Below are positions 27,511 to 37,318 of a stretch of 64,000 nucleotides of DNA, in pieces. Where the stretch lies: positions 14,358 to 78,357 of IMG/VR virus record IMGVR_UViG_3300012346_000561, one strand, 5' to 3'. The position numbers were made by a program, and so were the translations under genes. Positions within the stretch are counted from its first letter, which is position 1. Each line of letters begins with the position of its first letter. A model generated the notes under the pieces. It was given only the letters and a program-made list of their open reading frames with translations. It was not told the DNA's origin and did not search any database. The DNA comes from a virus (lineage: Duplodnaviria; Heunggongvirae; Uroviricota; Caudoviricetes).

Positions 27511-30500
27511 TACTTATCGAATTCTGTTATCAATTTCTCAATATCTTTTCTCTCAGCAAATACTGTGTAGAAACAGTTTATTTCATTTTCTGATCCTATT
27601 TTAATTTCATGAGCATTTACTTCCTCAACCCATAAATCTTGTTTCTTACCTATTGAAGTTAAGTTTACAGTAATTGTATCCTCATCAACAAGAGCGTGCC
27701 AGTGATCCGGTAATACGATGGTATTCTCATTTGTCAGTCTTCCTCTTACGTATACTGAATGTTCTGGTCCCTCTAATACTCCGTACTGAAGTTTTTTACC
27801 TTTTTTGGTTGGGTGATCAATGATGAACGATTTTACAGTTGCTGTAAGAGTTCCTATTACATTTGTATCTCCGTTTACATTTAGCTTATAGGGACTAATT
27901 GTAGTTGTTCCTATACCTACACCTGTTGAATCTATCCTCACAGCTGCTGAGTTGGCTATGTAGAAGTCGTGTTTTCCGTTTGAATGGTACTGTACATCTG
28001 AAGCACTTCCTACTGAGAATCCGTACTGCTCTGTTCCTGAGTTGTATAGGTACACTTTTAGCTTATCCCTAGTACTACCGTTACTGTAGTCGTTTCCTAA
28101 CCAAATGTAACTCGGTGTCGCAGTTGCTCCTGCTGTACTTGTGTATTTAATATTACCTCCTACCTGTAGTAGCGAACCATCAAATGTTAAATTTGATTCA
28201 CCATTTATTGTTGAACCTCCTGTAGCAGTTAGTACGTAATTATTAGTATTATTAGCAACATTTGAAGAGATACTTCCTACTGTTGTTGCAAATGAAGCTG
28301 TTGTTGCTGTTGCTGCATTTCCTGAAATACCTATTCCCCAAGTACCTGTTGCTCCTGTACCTGCAGTGTCTACTAACTGTTTCCAAGATTGCCAAACTCC
28401 ACCTGTTTTTGTTCTTGTGTATACTATATTAGCGGTATTACCTGATCCAAAAGAGGTTGCTGTTTGGTGACACCATCCTGCATCTGCTGTATACCTTTCT
28501 ACTGTTACCCAGAACCATCCACTATCTGGAGCATTAGTCATGCCAGATCCGTTGTAGAATCCCGCTGTAGTGTAGTCGTTAAGATTCGCACTAGTTATGT
28601 CTATTGCTTTTGTGTACTGTAGTTCATTTACAAGTGTTCTACCGTTTACCTCTAGTTTGTTTCCTGAGGCAGGTGAAGCTCCAATTCCTACATTACCATT
28701 ACCATCTATTCTCATTTTTTCAGAATAGGTTAGTCCAGTTGGACTGCTTCCGTAAGAAGTTCCATTTGTAGAAACTTCAAAAGATAGTACAACTCCACCA
28801 GTTCCATTTTTAGCAAAAGTTCTCCAAGATCTTTGGTCACTACCAGCATCTCCAGATAAGATTAGTCCACTACCATATTGAGATGAAGTATCTGAAAAGA
28901 AAGTGTTGTAATATCCGTCAACTATTGATAGTTTACCTGCTGGACTTGTTGTTCCTATGCCTACGTATCCACCGCTTAGTATTGTTAACCCGTTAGTTCC
29001 ATTTGGCATTAGTTTTATACCCTCTCCTGATGCTCCTTGAAGAATGGCATATCCAGCTTCGCTGTACATGTAGGCTTTGGCTGTTCCACTTATGGAGCTA
29101 ATGATACCTCCACCGTATGTTGTCGTTCCTTCCAATGTCAGCCACTTAGCAGCACCTCCTGCCGATATTGGACTAGTAGTTCCTATTCCCACACTAGTAC
29201 CATTATCGTATATTAAACTATTTTCTAAAGCAGATGTTCCGTTAAATCTTGGTATATAGTTATCTGTACCTGTTCCTGTTATTCCTCCTGCTACAGATCC
29301 TGCTGTTGATGCATAAGAAGCTGTTACTGCGTAAGAAGCAGAAGTAACGTTGTTAACTGTTACTGTTGATAGTGTTGAACCATTACTTGATAATAACCTT
29401 ACTTGGTTATTGGCAGGTGATGATAAACTAGCTCCTAATGTAGTTGAATAGGATGCAGTAGCTGCTGTTGTTGCAGATGTTGCAGTTGAAGCGTTTCCTA
29501 GTAAAGATCCTGTGAACGAGGTGGAAGTTACTGATGATAATCCCGCTATAGTAGTAGCCGAAGATCCCAATGAAATTGAAGTAGATCCTACTGTGATACT
29601 ACTATTTGCTAAATTAGCATTAGTAATTCCAGCTGTACCTGATAAGTTGGAATTTGTTAATCCCGATATAGATCCTCCTAGAGTTATTGTTCCAGTTGAA
29701 GTTATGGTTCCACCAGTTAATGTAATACCTGATACTGTACCAGATGTTGCTACTGAGGTTACTCCATTATTTACTACATTTGTAGCCCAAGAAGATGTTG
29801 ATGCAAATGAAGCACTTGTTGCTGTAGATGCATTACCTGTCAGTGCTCCTACAAAAGTTGTAGAAGTAACACTTGATAATCCTGCAATTGTTGTTGCTGA
29901 TGATCCTAATGAGATTGATGTAGATCCTACAGTTATTGCGCTATTGGCAAGATTTGCATTTGTAATACCTGCTGTACCTGATAAGTTTGAGTTTGTAAGA
30001 CCTGTTATCTGTGCTGATCCTGAAAATACTCCTGTTCCAGATAATATAGTTGCAGCAGAAATTGAACCTCCTAATGAAGTCGAAGTACCTGCTATTGTAA
30101 TAGCTGAATTTGCTAAATTAGCATTTGTAATTCCAGCAGTTCCTGATAGGTTAGAATTTGTTAATCCTGATATTGTTCCTGATAGTGTAAGGGTTCCTGT
30201 AGAAGTGATCGGTCCTCCTCCTAATGTGATTCCACTTACAGTTCCTGATGCTGATACAGAAGTAACTCCGTTATTCACCACATTTGTAGCCCATGAGGCT
30301 GTTGAAGCAAAAGAAGCCGAAGTTGCCGTAGCAGCATTTCCTGAAATTCCTATTCCCCAAGTACCTGTTGCTCCTGTACCTCCTGTTGAAGGTGCTCCTA
30401 CTGTATTATAAGATATAGTTCTTGCTGTTGATCCATTGAACGATGTTCCTGATGCATCTCCTGAACCTCCATTGTTAAATGTTACTGCTGCTGTTGTTTG

Positions 30501-33248
30501 TGTAGCTGTTGTAGCATTACTAGCCCAAGATGAAGTTCCAAATAAAGAACCTGTAAATGAAGTTGCCCAAACATTTCCATTTACTGTTAAAGAGGCCGAA
30601 GATGGATTTGTTGTTCCTATTCCAAGTTTGCTACCTGAACCGTATAATACTGGTCCGTTGCTTCCTAATTTTATAGCTCCTACAGTTGAATTTTGTACAC
30701 CATAAATACCCATATGATCTGCTATGTTGATATCATAAAGTGCAGCATCATCTCCCCCTTGGAAGTACATACCTCCATTTGGTTGAGCATAAATTATACC
30801 TGTTGTAGTTAATGAACCTGTTATAACTGCATTTCCTGTGTATGGGAAGACTGATCCTCCTGATGTAGATACTGTTATAACATTTCCACCAGAATCTACT
30901 GCTAGATTAGCAGTTGCTGTTCCAGGGAATGAAGAAGCTGCAGTATAACCTGGAAGACTCATTTGAGTGGTGTGTATATCCCATTGAGCTATTAATCCTG
31001 TACTTGTGGTATTATTTCCTTTTAGTAGTCTAGCTTTATTTTGCCAGTTATCAATAAATGATGCTGAAGTATAAGTACCTCCTGGTGCATTAAATCCTAT
31101 TTGACCTCCTTCATTTACATTATCTCTAGCTCCTAGAGTTATTGTGTTTTCACTTGCTCCAGCTGATGAAGCTCCTATCGTTGCTGATCCTGTTATAAGT
31201 ACGTTTTGGTTTAACGTATTTACAAATGATGCTGTTAAAGCATTTGAAGAACTTATTGCGTAGGAAGAACTTACTACGAAAGATGCTGTTAAAGCATTTG
31301 AAGATGAAACTGCCCATGATGAAGTTCCAAATAATGAACCTGTTATACCTTGAGTTACAGTTAAAGATCCTGTCATAACAGAAGTACCTGTTACTTGAAG
31401 TGCTCCTGATACAGAGTTAGATGCTGAGATTTGTAATCGATATCCTTTATCTGTATATGTTCCTCCGTTTTGAAATAATACATGTCCGTTTGCAAGGAAT
31501 CGAGTGGACTCTACTCCATTGGTTGGATATACACCAATGTATTTACCTCCATCTGTTTTAATAGTTCCGAAAGTAGTACCAACACCTAGAACTAAATCCT
31601 GTAATTGGAATGTTCTTCCTGCAGCATATATGTCACCTGTCATTGTACCTCCTGCCAATGGTAGGTAGGAAGGAGCTAATATAGCCATAGAAGCACTTAC
31701 AGCTCTAGAACTTGATACAGCAAAAGATGCTGTTAACGCATTTGATGAGCTTACTGCGTAAGAAGCAGAGGTTGCGTTTAAAGGCGTTCCGTTTACCCAG
31801 GTACCGCTACTGTATACTAAGGCTTGTCCGTCAGTTGGAGTTGTTACAGTTACATCAGAAAGATTATCCAAAGCTAAAGATACTGTACCAGTAGAGGCTG
31901 AGCCTCCTGCTGTATTTCTAAAAATACCTGATTGTATTATTGTATTTTCAGTATCTGTTAAATCTGTTGTGTTACCTTTTAGCACTAAATATCCTGCAAA
32001 TATCAATGATTTAGCTGTAAATTCTCCTTCAGTAAATGGATCTGTATTTAGGTACTGTAGTGCATTTAATTGGGTTGTGTATCTAGTATGACCATAGTAT
32101 ACCACTACTCTACCACTTACAGGATTAACAAATACTCTTTGTATTGTCCAGTTTCCTGTTCCTGTATTTTGTAATACACCTGATCCATCGTCATATTTTG
32201 TCGGGTCTACTGTTGTATAGAAAGCTCCTGCATTATTATCTAAGTAGATACCTGATCCACTTCTATACGCTCTTGCTATTGAAGCAGTTGGAAAAGCAGG
32301 TGAAGTATGATCACTTGGGTGTTCAGGATTTTGTGGATAGAATCCTCCTAAATTATATGATTGGCCTGCTCCTATATTTACTCTTAAAGTAGTTGCTTGA
32401 CCTGTTACTGTAAGTCCACTTATTTTTAAAGGACCAAATGCTCTAATAAAATCATTTTGCTGTGCGTCAGAATCATATGTTGTTTGAACATTTGAACCAA
32501 CACCTGTAATGGTGGTATAATTTGCATGAGTTGCTCTTCCTAAACAAATTGCCTCTTGGTATTGTGTTTCAGCAAAATAGTTTGGTTGTTGGTGAACTAC
32601 TCCTGTATCGTCTACATATATGAAAGTATTTTGAGAAGATGTTAAAAAAGTGGCTGATGCTGAGTAAGCATTCCAGGTTACGTATTTGAATGTAGGACTT
32701 ATTTCTTGAGATAGACTTGCATTTGAAGTCATAATAAGTCCTGATCCTGAACTAACATAAATTGTTGTTCCTGAAGCTGATACTACTCCTCCGTATAGAA
32801 GACCTGTTGAAAGCCCTCCTTCAAGCCATTTGAATTTAGCTAGATTTCCATCCTGTCTATAATATAAATCATATCCTTGAGCAGTGTTAGAGGCTGATGT
32901 AAATAGGAATGATGCGGTTGCATTAGTGCTTCCTGGGTCCTGAGCTGGATCCAGTCTTAAAGTACCTCCTATGGTTACATTTGCATTTGCTTGCATTGTA
33001 CCTGATACAATAATTGATCCTGATAGGTTTGTTTGGCCTAACAAATTGTTAGTTCCAATTTGTGTTGTAGAACCACTTACGTTAAAAGATCCTGTTAATA
33101 CCAAAGTTTGGTTTAAAGGATTAAGGTAAGAAGCTGTTACGGCATTTGAGGCAGTTCCGAATAGTGAACCTGTTATTCCGTTTGATACGGTAAGAGAGTT
33201 TAAAGCAGCATCCGAGCCGCTAAGTATGACTTTTTTCCAACTTGGCAT
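27510..33248 (-). CDS. Long tail fibre (1912 aa) with internal repeats, knob-like domain and putative C-terminal chaperone domain
   Basis: Ser/Thr/Gly-rich; ASFA/SASYA repeats; GNVGIG repeats; NLNDYTTAGFY...W.SWKQL knob-like segment; C-terminal KSF.IDHP....L....LEGPE..VY.RG. Confidence 0.9.
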   Translation of the reverse strand: MPSWKKVILSGSDAALNSLTVSNGITGSLFGTASNAVTASYLNPLNQTLVLTGSFNVSGSTTQIGTNNLLGQTNLSGSIIVSGTMQANANVTIGGTLRLDPAQDPGSTNATASFLFTSASNTAQGYDLYYRQDGNLAKFKWLEGGLSTGLLYGGVVSASGTTIYVSSGSGLIMTSNASLSQEISPTFKYVTWNAYSASATFLTSSQNTFIYVDDTGVVHQQPNYFAETQYQEAICLGRATHANYTTITGVGSNVQTTYDSDAQQNDFIRAFGPLKISGLTVTGQATTLRVNIGAGQSYNLGGFYPQNPEHPSDHTSPAFPTASIARAYRSGSGIYLDNNAGAFYTTVDPTKYDDGSGVLQNTGTGNWTIQRVFVNPVSGRVVVYYGHTRYTTQLNALQYLNTDPFTEGEFTAKSLIFAGYLVLKGNTTDLTDTENTIIQSGIFRNTAGGSASTGTVSLALDNLSDVTVTTPTDGQALVYSSGTWVNGTPLNATSASYAVSSSNALTASFAVSSSRAVSASMAILAPSYLPLAGGTMTGDIYAAGRTFQLQDLVLGVGTTFGTIKTDGGKYIGVYPTNGVESTRFLANGHVLFQNGGTYTDKGYRLQISASNSVSGALQVTGTSVMTGSLTVTQGITGSLFGTSSWAVSSSNALTASFVVSSSYAISSSNALTASFVNTLNQNVLITGSATIGASSAGASENTITLGARDNVNEGGQIGFNAPGGTYTSASFIDNWQNKARLLKGNNTTSTGLIAQWDIHTTQMSLPGYTAASSFPGTATANLAVDSGGNVITVSTSGGSVFPYTGNAVITGSLTTTGIIYAQPNGGMYFQGGDDAALYDINIADHMGIYGVQNSTVGAIKLGSNGPVLYGSGSKLGIGTTNPSSASLTVNGNVWATSFTGSLFGTSSWASNATTATQTTAAVTFNNGGSGDASGTSFNGSTARTISYNTVGAPSTGGTGATGTWGIGISGNAATATSASFASTASWATNVVNNGVTSVSASGTVSGITLGGGPITSTGTLTLSGTISGLTNSNLSGTAGITNANLANSAITIAGTSTSLGGSISAATILSGTGVFSGSAQITGLTNSNLSGTAGITNANLANSAITVGSTSISLGSSATTIAGLSSVTSTTFVGALTGNASTATSASFASTSSWATNVVNNGVTSVATSGTVSGITLTGGTITSTGTITLGGSISGLTNSNLSGTAGITNANLANSSITVGSTSISLGSSATTIAGLSSVTSTSFTGSLLGNASTATSATTAATASYSTTLGASLSSPANNQVRLLSSNGSTLSTVTVNNVTSASYAVTASYASTAGSVAGGITGTGTDNYIPRFNGTSALENSLIYDNGTSVGIGTTSPISAGGAAKWLTLEGTTTYGGGIISSISGTAKAYMYSEAGYAILQGASGEGIKLMPNGTNGLTILSGGYVGIGTTSPAGKLSIVDGYYNTFFSDTSSQYGSGLILSGDAGSDQRSWRTFAKNGTGGVVLSFEVSTNGTSYGSSPTGLTYSEKMRIDGNGNVGIGASPASGNKLEVNGRTLVNELQYTKAIDITSANLNDYTTAGFYNGSGMTNAPDSGWFWVTVERYTADAGWCHQTATSFGSGNTANIVYTRTKTGGVWQSWKQLVDTAGTGATGTWGIGISGNAATATTASFATTVGSISSNVANNTNNYVLTATGGSTINGESNLTFDGSLLQVGGNIKYTSTAGATATPSYIWLGNDYSNGSTRDKLKVYLYNSGTEQYGFSVGSASDVQYHSNGKHDFYIANSAAVRIDSTGVGIGTTTISPYKLNVNGDTNVIGTLTATVKSFIIDHPTKKGKKLQYGVLEGPEHSVYVRGRLTNENTIVLPDHWHALVDEDTITVNLTSIGKKQDLWVEEVNAHEIKIGSENEINCFYTVFAERKDIEKLITEFDK
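28315..28362. repeat. 48-bp direct repeat, copy 1
   Basis: gcatttcctgaaatacctattccccaagtacctgttgctcctgtacct; 47/48 identical to 30334-30381. Confidence 0.9.
29500..30330 (-). repeat. Protein-level repeats in long fibre
   Basis: Three copies of GLTNSNLSGTAGITNANLANS.IT; two of WATNVVNNGVTSV..SGTVSGITL; two of VGSTSISLGSSATTIAGLSSVTST; synonymous divergence at DNA level. Confidence 0.9.
30334..30381. repeat. 48-bp direct repeat, copy 2
   Basis: gcatttcctgaaattcctattccccaagtacctgttgctcctgtacct; 2019 bp (673 codons) from copy 1. Confidence 0.9.
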
Positions 33249-33263
33249 ATTAAGTAGTATTAT

Positions 33264-33303
33264 GATTGGTTACCGGATTGCCGGCCCACTTCCTTTTCAG
33301 GTC
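33264..33303 (-). ncRNA. Candidate structured 5' leader of long fibre gene
   Basis: GC-rich island: CCU-GAAA-AGG hairpin, then UGG-GCCGG-CAAU-CCGGU-AA-CCA hairpin, 15 nt upstream of ATG. Confidence 0.4.
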
Positions 33304-33326
33304 TATAATATATAATAATAAATATA

Positions 33327-33551
33327 CTACGATTGTGCTTTTGCAGCTTTCTCAATCCTTGCTATACCTGCTTGCTTTTTTGCTTCTTCTTGAGCAACCA
33401 TTTGCATGATTTGTGCCAATTCATTATCTAATTTGATTTGCAAGTTTGCAATAAATTGTGCTGATGTTCCTTTGATTTCTATTACGTTTAGTGACTGTCT
33501 CAGTACTTTGATTTCTTCAACAGTTAAATTTTCAATTGTGAATACGTTCAT
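33327..33551 (-). CDS. Small coiled-coil protein (start revised to ATG at 33551, 74 aa)
   Basis: MNVFTIENLTVEEIKVLRQSL...; the track's upstream TTG start lies inside the predicted promoter. Confidence 0.7.
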   Translation of the reverse strand: MNVFTIENLTVEEIKVLRQSLNVIEIKGTSAQFIANLQIKLDNELAQIMQMVAQEEAKKQAGIARIEKAAKAQS

Positions 33552-33567
33552 TATGTTTTTTCTTTTT

Positions 33568-33596
33568 AAGTTATGTATTTTTTTTGACAAAAACAA
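33568..33596 (-). promoter_or_regulatory. Host-type promoter directly after a terminator
   Basis: TTGTTT-N17-TAACTT. Confidence 0.5.
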
Positions 33597-33600
33597 CCCA

Positions 33601-33624
33601 AAAAAAAAGAGCCATAAGGCTCTT
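33601..33624 (-). terminator. Intrinsic terminator
   Basis: AAGAGCC-UUAU-GGCUCUU followed by U-run. Confidence 0.8.
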
Positions 33625-33629
33625 AATTT

Positions 33630-33812
33630 TTATTTAGATTTTAATGTCTCTAATTCTTTTACTAACTTTAAGTAAATCTTGTAAAACATTTCAAACTCTT
33701 CTCCTTTATAATCTGCACTTCTCATTTTTATTAGAAGAAATTCTAATTCTTGTTGTGTTAGGTTTGGTTCTTCCTGCTTTACTTCTTGTTTACCTTTTGA
33801 TAATAACCCCAT
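33630..33812 (-). CDS. Small hypothetical protein
   Basis: 60 aa; LTQQELEFLLIKM...F.GEE.E..Y.I..KL. Confidence 0.7.
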   Translation of the reverse strand: MGLLSKGKQEVKQEEPNLTQQELEFLLIKMRSADYKGEEFEMFYKIYLKLVKELETLKSK

Positions 33813-33827
33813 TTTTAAAAAAATTTA

Positions 33828-34886
33828 TTATGAATATATGAAAATATCTCCTGATGTTGCTGTGTATATTGCTCCAGCTGCTACAAACTCTCCTGATGTT
33901 GGAGCTGATGTGTGGCTTGCTTCTGTGAACACATATCCTGCAAATGCACTATTTCCGTCTGTACCGATTGTAAGGCTGGATGCTGAATCTGTTAATCCGC
34001 TTTGGTATCCCCATCTGTCTGTTACTGAATCATATCCAAATGCTATATTTCCTGCTGCATCCGATCCTCTGTCTATGATAATACCTGCATCTCCTGCTGT
34101 TGCTGATCCTGATGCTAATAGTATAAATTTATCCTCTACGTATAAGTCTGTAGTATTTACGTACGTTGCTGTACCTTGTATCTCTAGGTTTCCAGTAATA
34201 ACAACGTTGTCATCAATTGTTGTTGTACCACCTGCAGAATTAATTGTTAAGTTACCTGTAGATGTGTTGATTGTATTATCTGTTGTAACACCTACTGTAA
34301 CGTTACCTGCTGTTACTCCTGCGAATGTTGGACTGTCTGTTGTTTCTAATCCTAAATCAACTGTAGAACCTGCTACACCATTTGTAGTAAGGACTGCTGT
34401 ACCTTGAGTTGCTGATGAAAGAACTGAAGCTGATACAATTCCTGATGGTATTCCTGTGATTCCTGAATAGGTAATTTGAGAAGATCCAGATACTGTTCCT
34501 GCTGGAAGTAGGGCTGTTACTTGAGCTGATCCTGATACTACTCCTGTACTTGCTAGTATTGTTGCTGCTGATATTGAACCTCCTAGTGAAGTTGAAGTAC
34601 CTGCTATTGTGATTGCTGAATTTGCTAAAGATGCATTTGGAATAGCTGATAAGCCAAATGTCAGAGTATCTGTTCCTGCATTAGCTGAGATTGCTAAACC
34701 TTGTCCTGATGAAGAAGCAAAATTTAAAGATCCAGAAGCTGAGTCCGCTAATAGGTTAGTTCCATTAAAGGAAGCGGTTGAAAATGCATTTGTAGATACG
34801 ACGGTTGCTGAAGTTAAATATCCTGCGTCGTTGTTTAACTGAGAGACGTTACTCCCCGATACTACGACTTTTTTCCAAGTTGCCAT
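33828..34886 (-). CDS. Short tail fibre-like virion protein
   Basis: MATWKKVVVSGS; ITGNLEIQGTATYVNT..L.VEDKFILL; shares a module with the long fibre. Confidence 0.8.
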   Translation of the reverse strand: MATWKKVVVSGSNVSQLNNDAGYLTSATVVSTNAFSTASFNGTNLLADSASGSLNFASSSGQGLAISANAGTDTLTFGLSAIPNASLANSAITIAGTSTSLGGSISAATILASTGVVSGSAQVTALLPAGTVSGSSQITYSGITGIPSGIVSASVLSSATQGTAVLTTNGVAGSTVDLGLETTDSPTFAGVTAGNVTVGVTTDNTINTSTGNLTINSAGGTTTIDDNVVITGNLEIQGTATYVNTTDLYVEDKFILLASGSATAGDAGIIIDRGSDAAGNIAFGYDSVTDRWGYQSGLTDSASSLTIGTDGNSAFAGYVFTEASHTSAPTSGEFVAAGAIYTATSGDIFIYS

Positions 34887-34919
34887 GTTATGTTGTGTTT
34901 ATTTTATTAATAAATATAT

Positions 34920-36041
34920 TTAGTTTTCAAATCCAAAGTAAAAAGCATCGCTTGAACTATAGAATATTCCTCCTGCTACCGGTGTTGGTGTTGCACTTTG
35001 TGAGATGAATTGTACTGTTCCTTCAGTGTTTACTTTTATTTTTTGTGATCCTGATGTTGATATTGTAAATTGATCTTCAACTCCATCCAAATTAACATCT
35101 AAAGATCCTGTTATTCTTATATTATTGGTAGTACTCCAAAATGATCCTGTTTGTCTAAACAGTCCTGCTTTAAGCACTCCATCCATAAACTTGAAAGATC
35201 CAGTTGCAATTCCTACAAAGTCGTTTACGATTTCTGTTCCGTATGTTGTAGATGTGTTTACTGATAACGTTAAGTCTCCATTCTCTCCTCCTCCTAATAA
35301 CCCACTTCCTGCAAGTACTGCTGTTACATCTCCATCATTAATACTTCCTGCTATTCCTGATAAGTCTATGCTGATGTTTCCATCACCTCTGTACAGTGTT
35401 AAAGTTGTTCCTGCTGTTGCAAAAGATCCACTATATACAAATGATCCTGTTGGTGTATCTGGTACAATTGCTCCTAAGTCTACTAAATCTGCATCTCCAT
35501 TTTGTCTTGTAAACATCAAGTAGTTTCCTTGAACTGTTGACTCAACATACGCTTGCCCCATTACGTTCTGTACATTTGTAGCAAAGTTTACTATCGAGCC
35601 AGTTGTAATTGGTAGTATTTGTGCAGAAGAACTTATAAGTCCTGCTGGTATGTTTGATAGTTGTAGGAAATTTACTTGAGAAGATCCTGATACTGCTCCT
35701 GTTGGTAGTAGTGATATTACTTGTGCTGAGGAACTTACAAGTCCTGCAGGTAAAAAGCTGTCTGCTGCTGAGATTGTTACTGTTTGTCCTACTTGGTTTA
35801 TTGTAATGTTATCTCCTGCTACAAATGATCCTGAAAATAAGCTGGTTGGTTTATTTACAATTGTGCTCCAGTCATTACTTCCTGTCACAAGTTGGGTTAC
35901 TATAAAATCTTCTAGTAATTGCCCATTGTAGTAAATTGACCCTGTTGTACCAAAAGAGCCAGATACTGTAAGACTACCTGTTAAATATTCACCTCCTGTT
36001 GGAAGTTGATCTCGTATTTGTTCCCAAAAAATTTGAGCCAT
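34920..36041 (-). CDS. Fibre or collar-like virion protein
   Basis: 373 aa; SSSAQ/SGSSQ repeats, ITGSL motifs. Confidence 0.75.
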   Translation of the reverse strand: MAQIFWEQIRDQLPTGGEYLTGSLTVSGSFGTTGSIYYNGQLLEDFIVTQLVTGSNDWSTIVNKPTSLFSGSFVAGDNITINQVGQTVTISAADSFLPAGLVSSSAQVISLLPTGAVSGSSQVNFLQLSNIPAGLISSSAQILPITTGSIVNFATNVQNVMGQAYVESTVQGNYLMFTRQNGDADLVDLGAIVPDTPTGSFVYSGSFATAGTTLTLYRGDGNISIDLSGIAGSINDGDVTAVLAGSGLLGGGENGDLTLSVNTSTTYGTEIVNDFVGIATGSFKFMDGVLKAGLFRQTGSFWSTTNNIRITGSLDVNLDGVEDQFTISTSGSQKIKVNTEGTVQFISQSATPTPVAGGIFYSSSDAFYFGFEN

Positions 36042-37312
36042 TAAATTATAAATTTACCTACTGCGGTTATTTCCATTCCATTTACTATAGTATAACCTAA
36101 ATTGTTGCTGAATGTTATTTCAACATTACCTGTATTTTCTATTATTGATGTTATTGCTGATGGTTCTACAGCAAGTCCATTTATAAATATTTTGTAATCA
36201 TCTACTGTTAGTGCTGGGAATCCTGATGGAGGTGTTGCTATCGTTACTCCTATAAAGGTAACTTTATTAAGTCCTGAGTTTATGTTGTAAGACGTGTTTG
36301 TTGTGTCTATTACAACTGTCAGCGATAAGTAATCTCTCTCTTCTGGTGTTAATCCACTTCCTGTTACAAATGTTTGATTTATCGTATTGTTGTTTACAAC
36401 CTTACCTGCATTCTGATCAAAGAATCTGCTTGGTGCTTCTTTTTGTGCTGTACCTGCTGCTGCATTCAGTACCTCTAAAGTACCTGCTGTTTCTAATCCA
36501 AATTTTAATGCTGACTTTGAGAAGAACTTGTTAGAATTTCCTATGTTTGCATTAATTGTATTTGGAATTATGTATCCTGCCAATTTAATTTGGAAAGTTG
36601 TTTTTACGTTTCGATCTTCTCCTTGTGTTACTTCAACTGCTGTTGTGTAATTGTCAATAGATGCTCTAAAGTTAAATCTTTGTGGATCTCCCCAATATGA
36701 ATCTGATGCAAAGTTTATACCTTCTACTATTGGATTCATCTGCTCAGTATATTCTGTAAAAATTGTACAAGAGTATACTAAATTAACGTAGTCAGGAATA
36801 ATTACTCCGTAGTACTCTTTAGCTGGTTCTCTATTTGATAATGCTGAGAATCTGTCATATACGTTTTTCTTTGAGTATCTTTTTTCAAAAATACCAAAGT
36901 GGATTGGATTATTTGCATCCATTTTGTTACCAATCGATCTATTCTTTTCAACAGAATCTCGTTTAAACATGATAAGTGGTACTTGAATCTTACCATTCTT
37001 ATCTCTGTAGAAACCATCCTTCTGTGCTGATGCCCACTTTTCAGGGGATCCATATACAATTGGTACGTTTACTTTTACTCCGTTTTGAATTACTGAGGGA
37101 CGTATTACGTTGTTAAAGTAGTACATAATCGCAGTATCTATGTCAGTTAATCCTACTGTAAAGTCCTTTACTGTATCATTAGCTCTAGTTCTTTGATTCT
37201 CTCTTCTCTTATTTGCAGGCACAGGTGCTTTACCCGAAGAATCATACGGCTGTATAGTGTCTTGTGAAAGCTCTACTTGTGTTTTCGGTATTGGGTTTCT
37301 CCTTGTTGCCAT
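36041..37312 (-). CDS. Tail terminator / sheath stabiliser (gp15-like) with C-terminal extension
   Basis: VPIVYGSPEKW, PLIMFKR, PDYVNLVY...I.T....QMN.IVE; follows neck genes. Confidence 0.65.
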   Translation of the reverse strand: MATRRNPIPKTQVELSQDTIQPYDSSGKAPVPANKRRENQRTRANDTVKDFTVGLTDIDTAIMYYFNNVIRPSVIQNGVKVNVPIVYGSPEKWASAQKDGFYRDKNGKIQVPLIMFKRDSVEKNRSIGNKMDANNPIHFGIFEKRYSKKNVYDRFSALSNREPAKEYYGVIIPDYVNLVYSCTIFTEYTEQMNPIVEGINFASDSYWGDPQRFNFRASIDNYTTAVEVTQGEDRNVKTTFQIKLAGYIIPNTINANIGNSNKFFSKSALKFGLETAGTLEVLNAAAGTAQKEAPSRFFDQNAGKVVNNNTINQTFVTGSGLTPEERDYLSLTVVIDTTNTSYNINSGLNKVTFIGVTIATPPSGFPALTVDDYKIFINGLAVEPSAITSIIENTGNVEITFSNNLGYTIVNGMEITAVGKFII

Positions 37313-37318
37313 TTAATT

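Noticed and set aside
29512-30411. Long plus-strand ORFs (299 aa here; also 14098..14619, 15085..15618, 19590..20054, 33838..34407, 56689..57258 and others)
   Set aside because: All lie antisense to well-supported minus-strand genes, mirror their codon pattern and show no motifs or start signals; they are shadow ORFs.
27510-33248. Diversity-generating retroelement or invertible shufflon acting on the fibre
   Set aside because: No reverse transcriptase, recombinase or adenine-specific template/variable repeat pair was seen; the repeats are direct and protein-coding.
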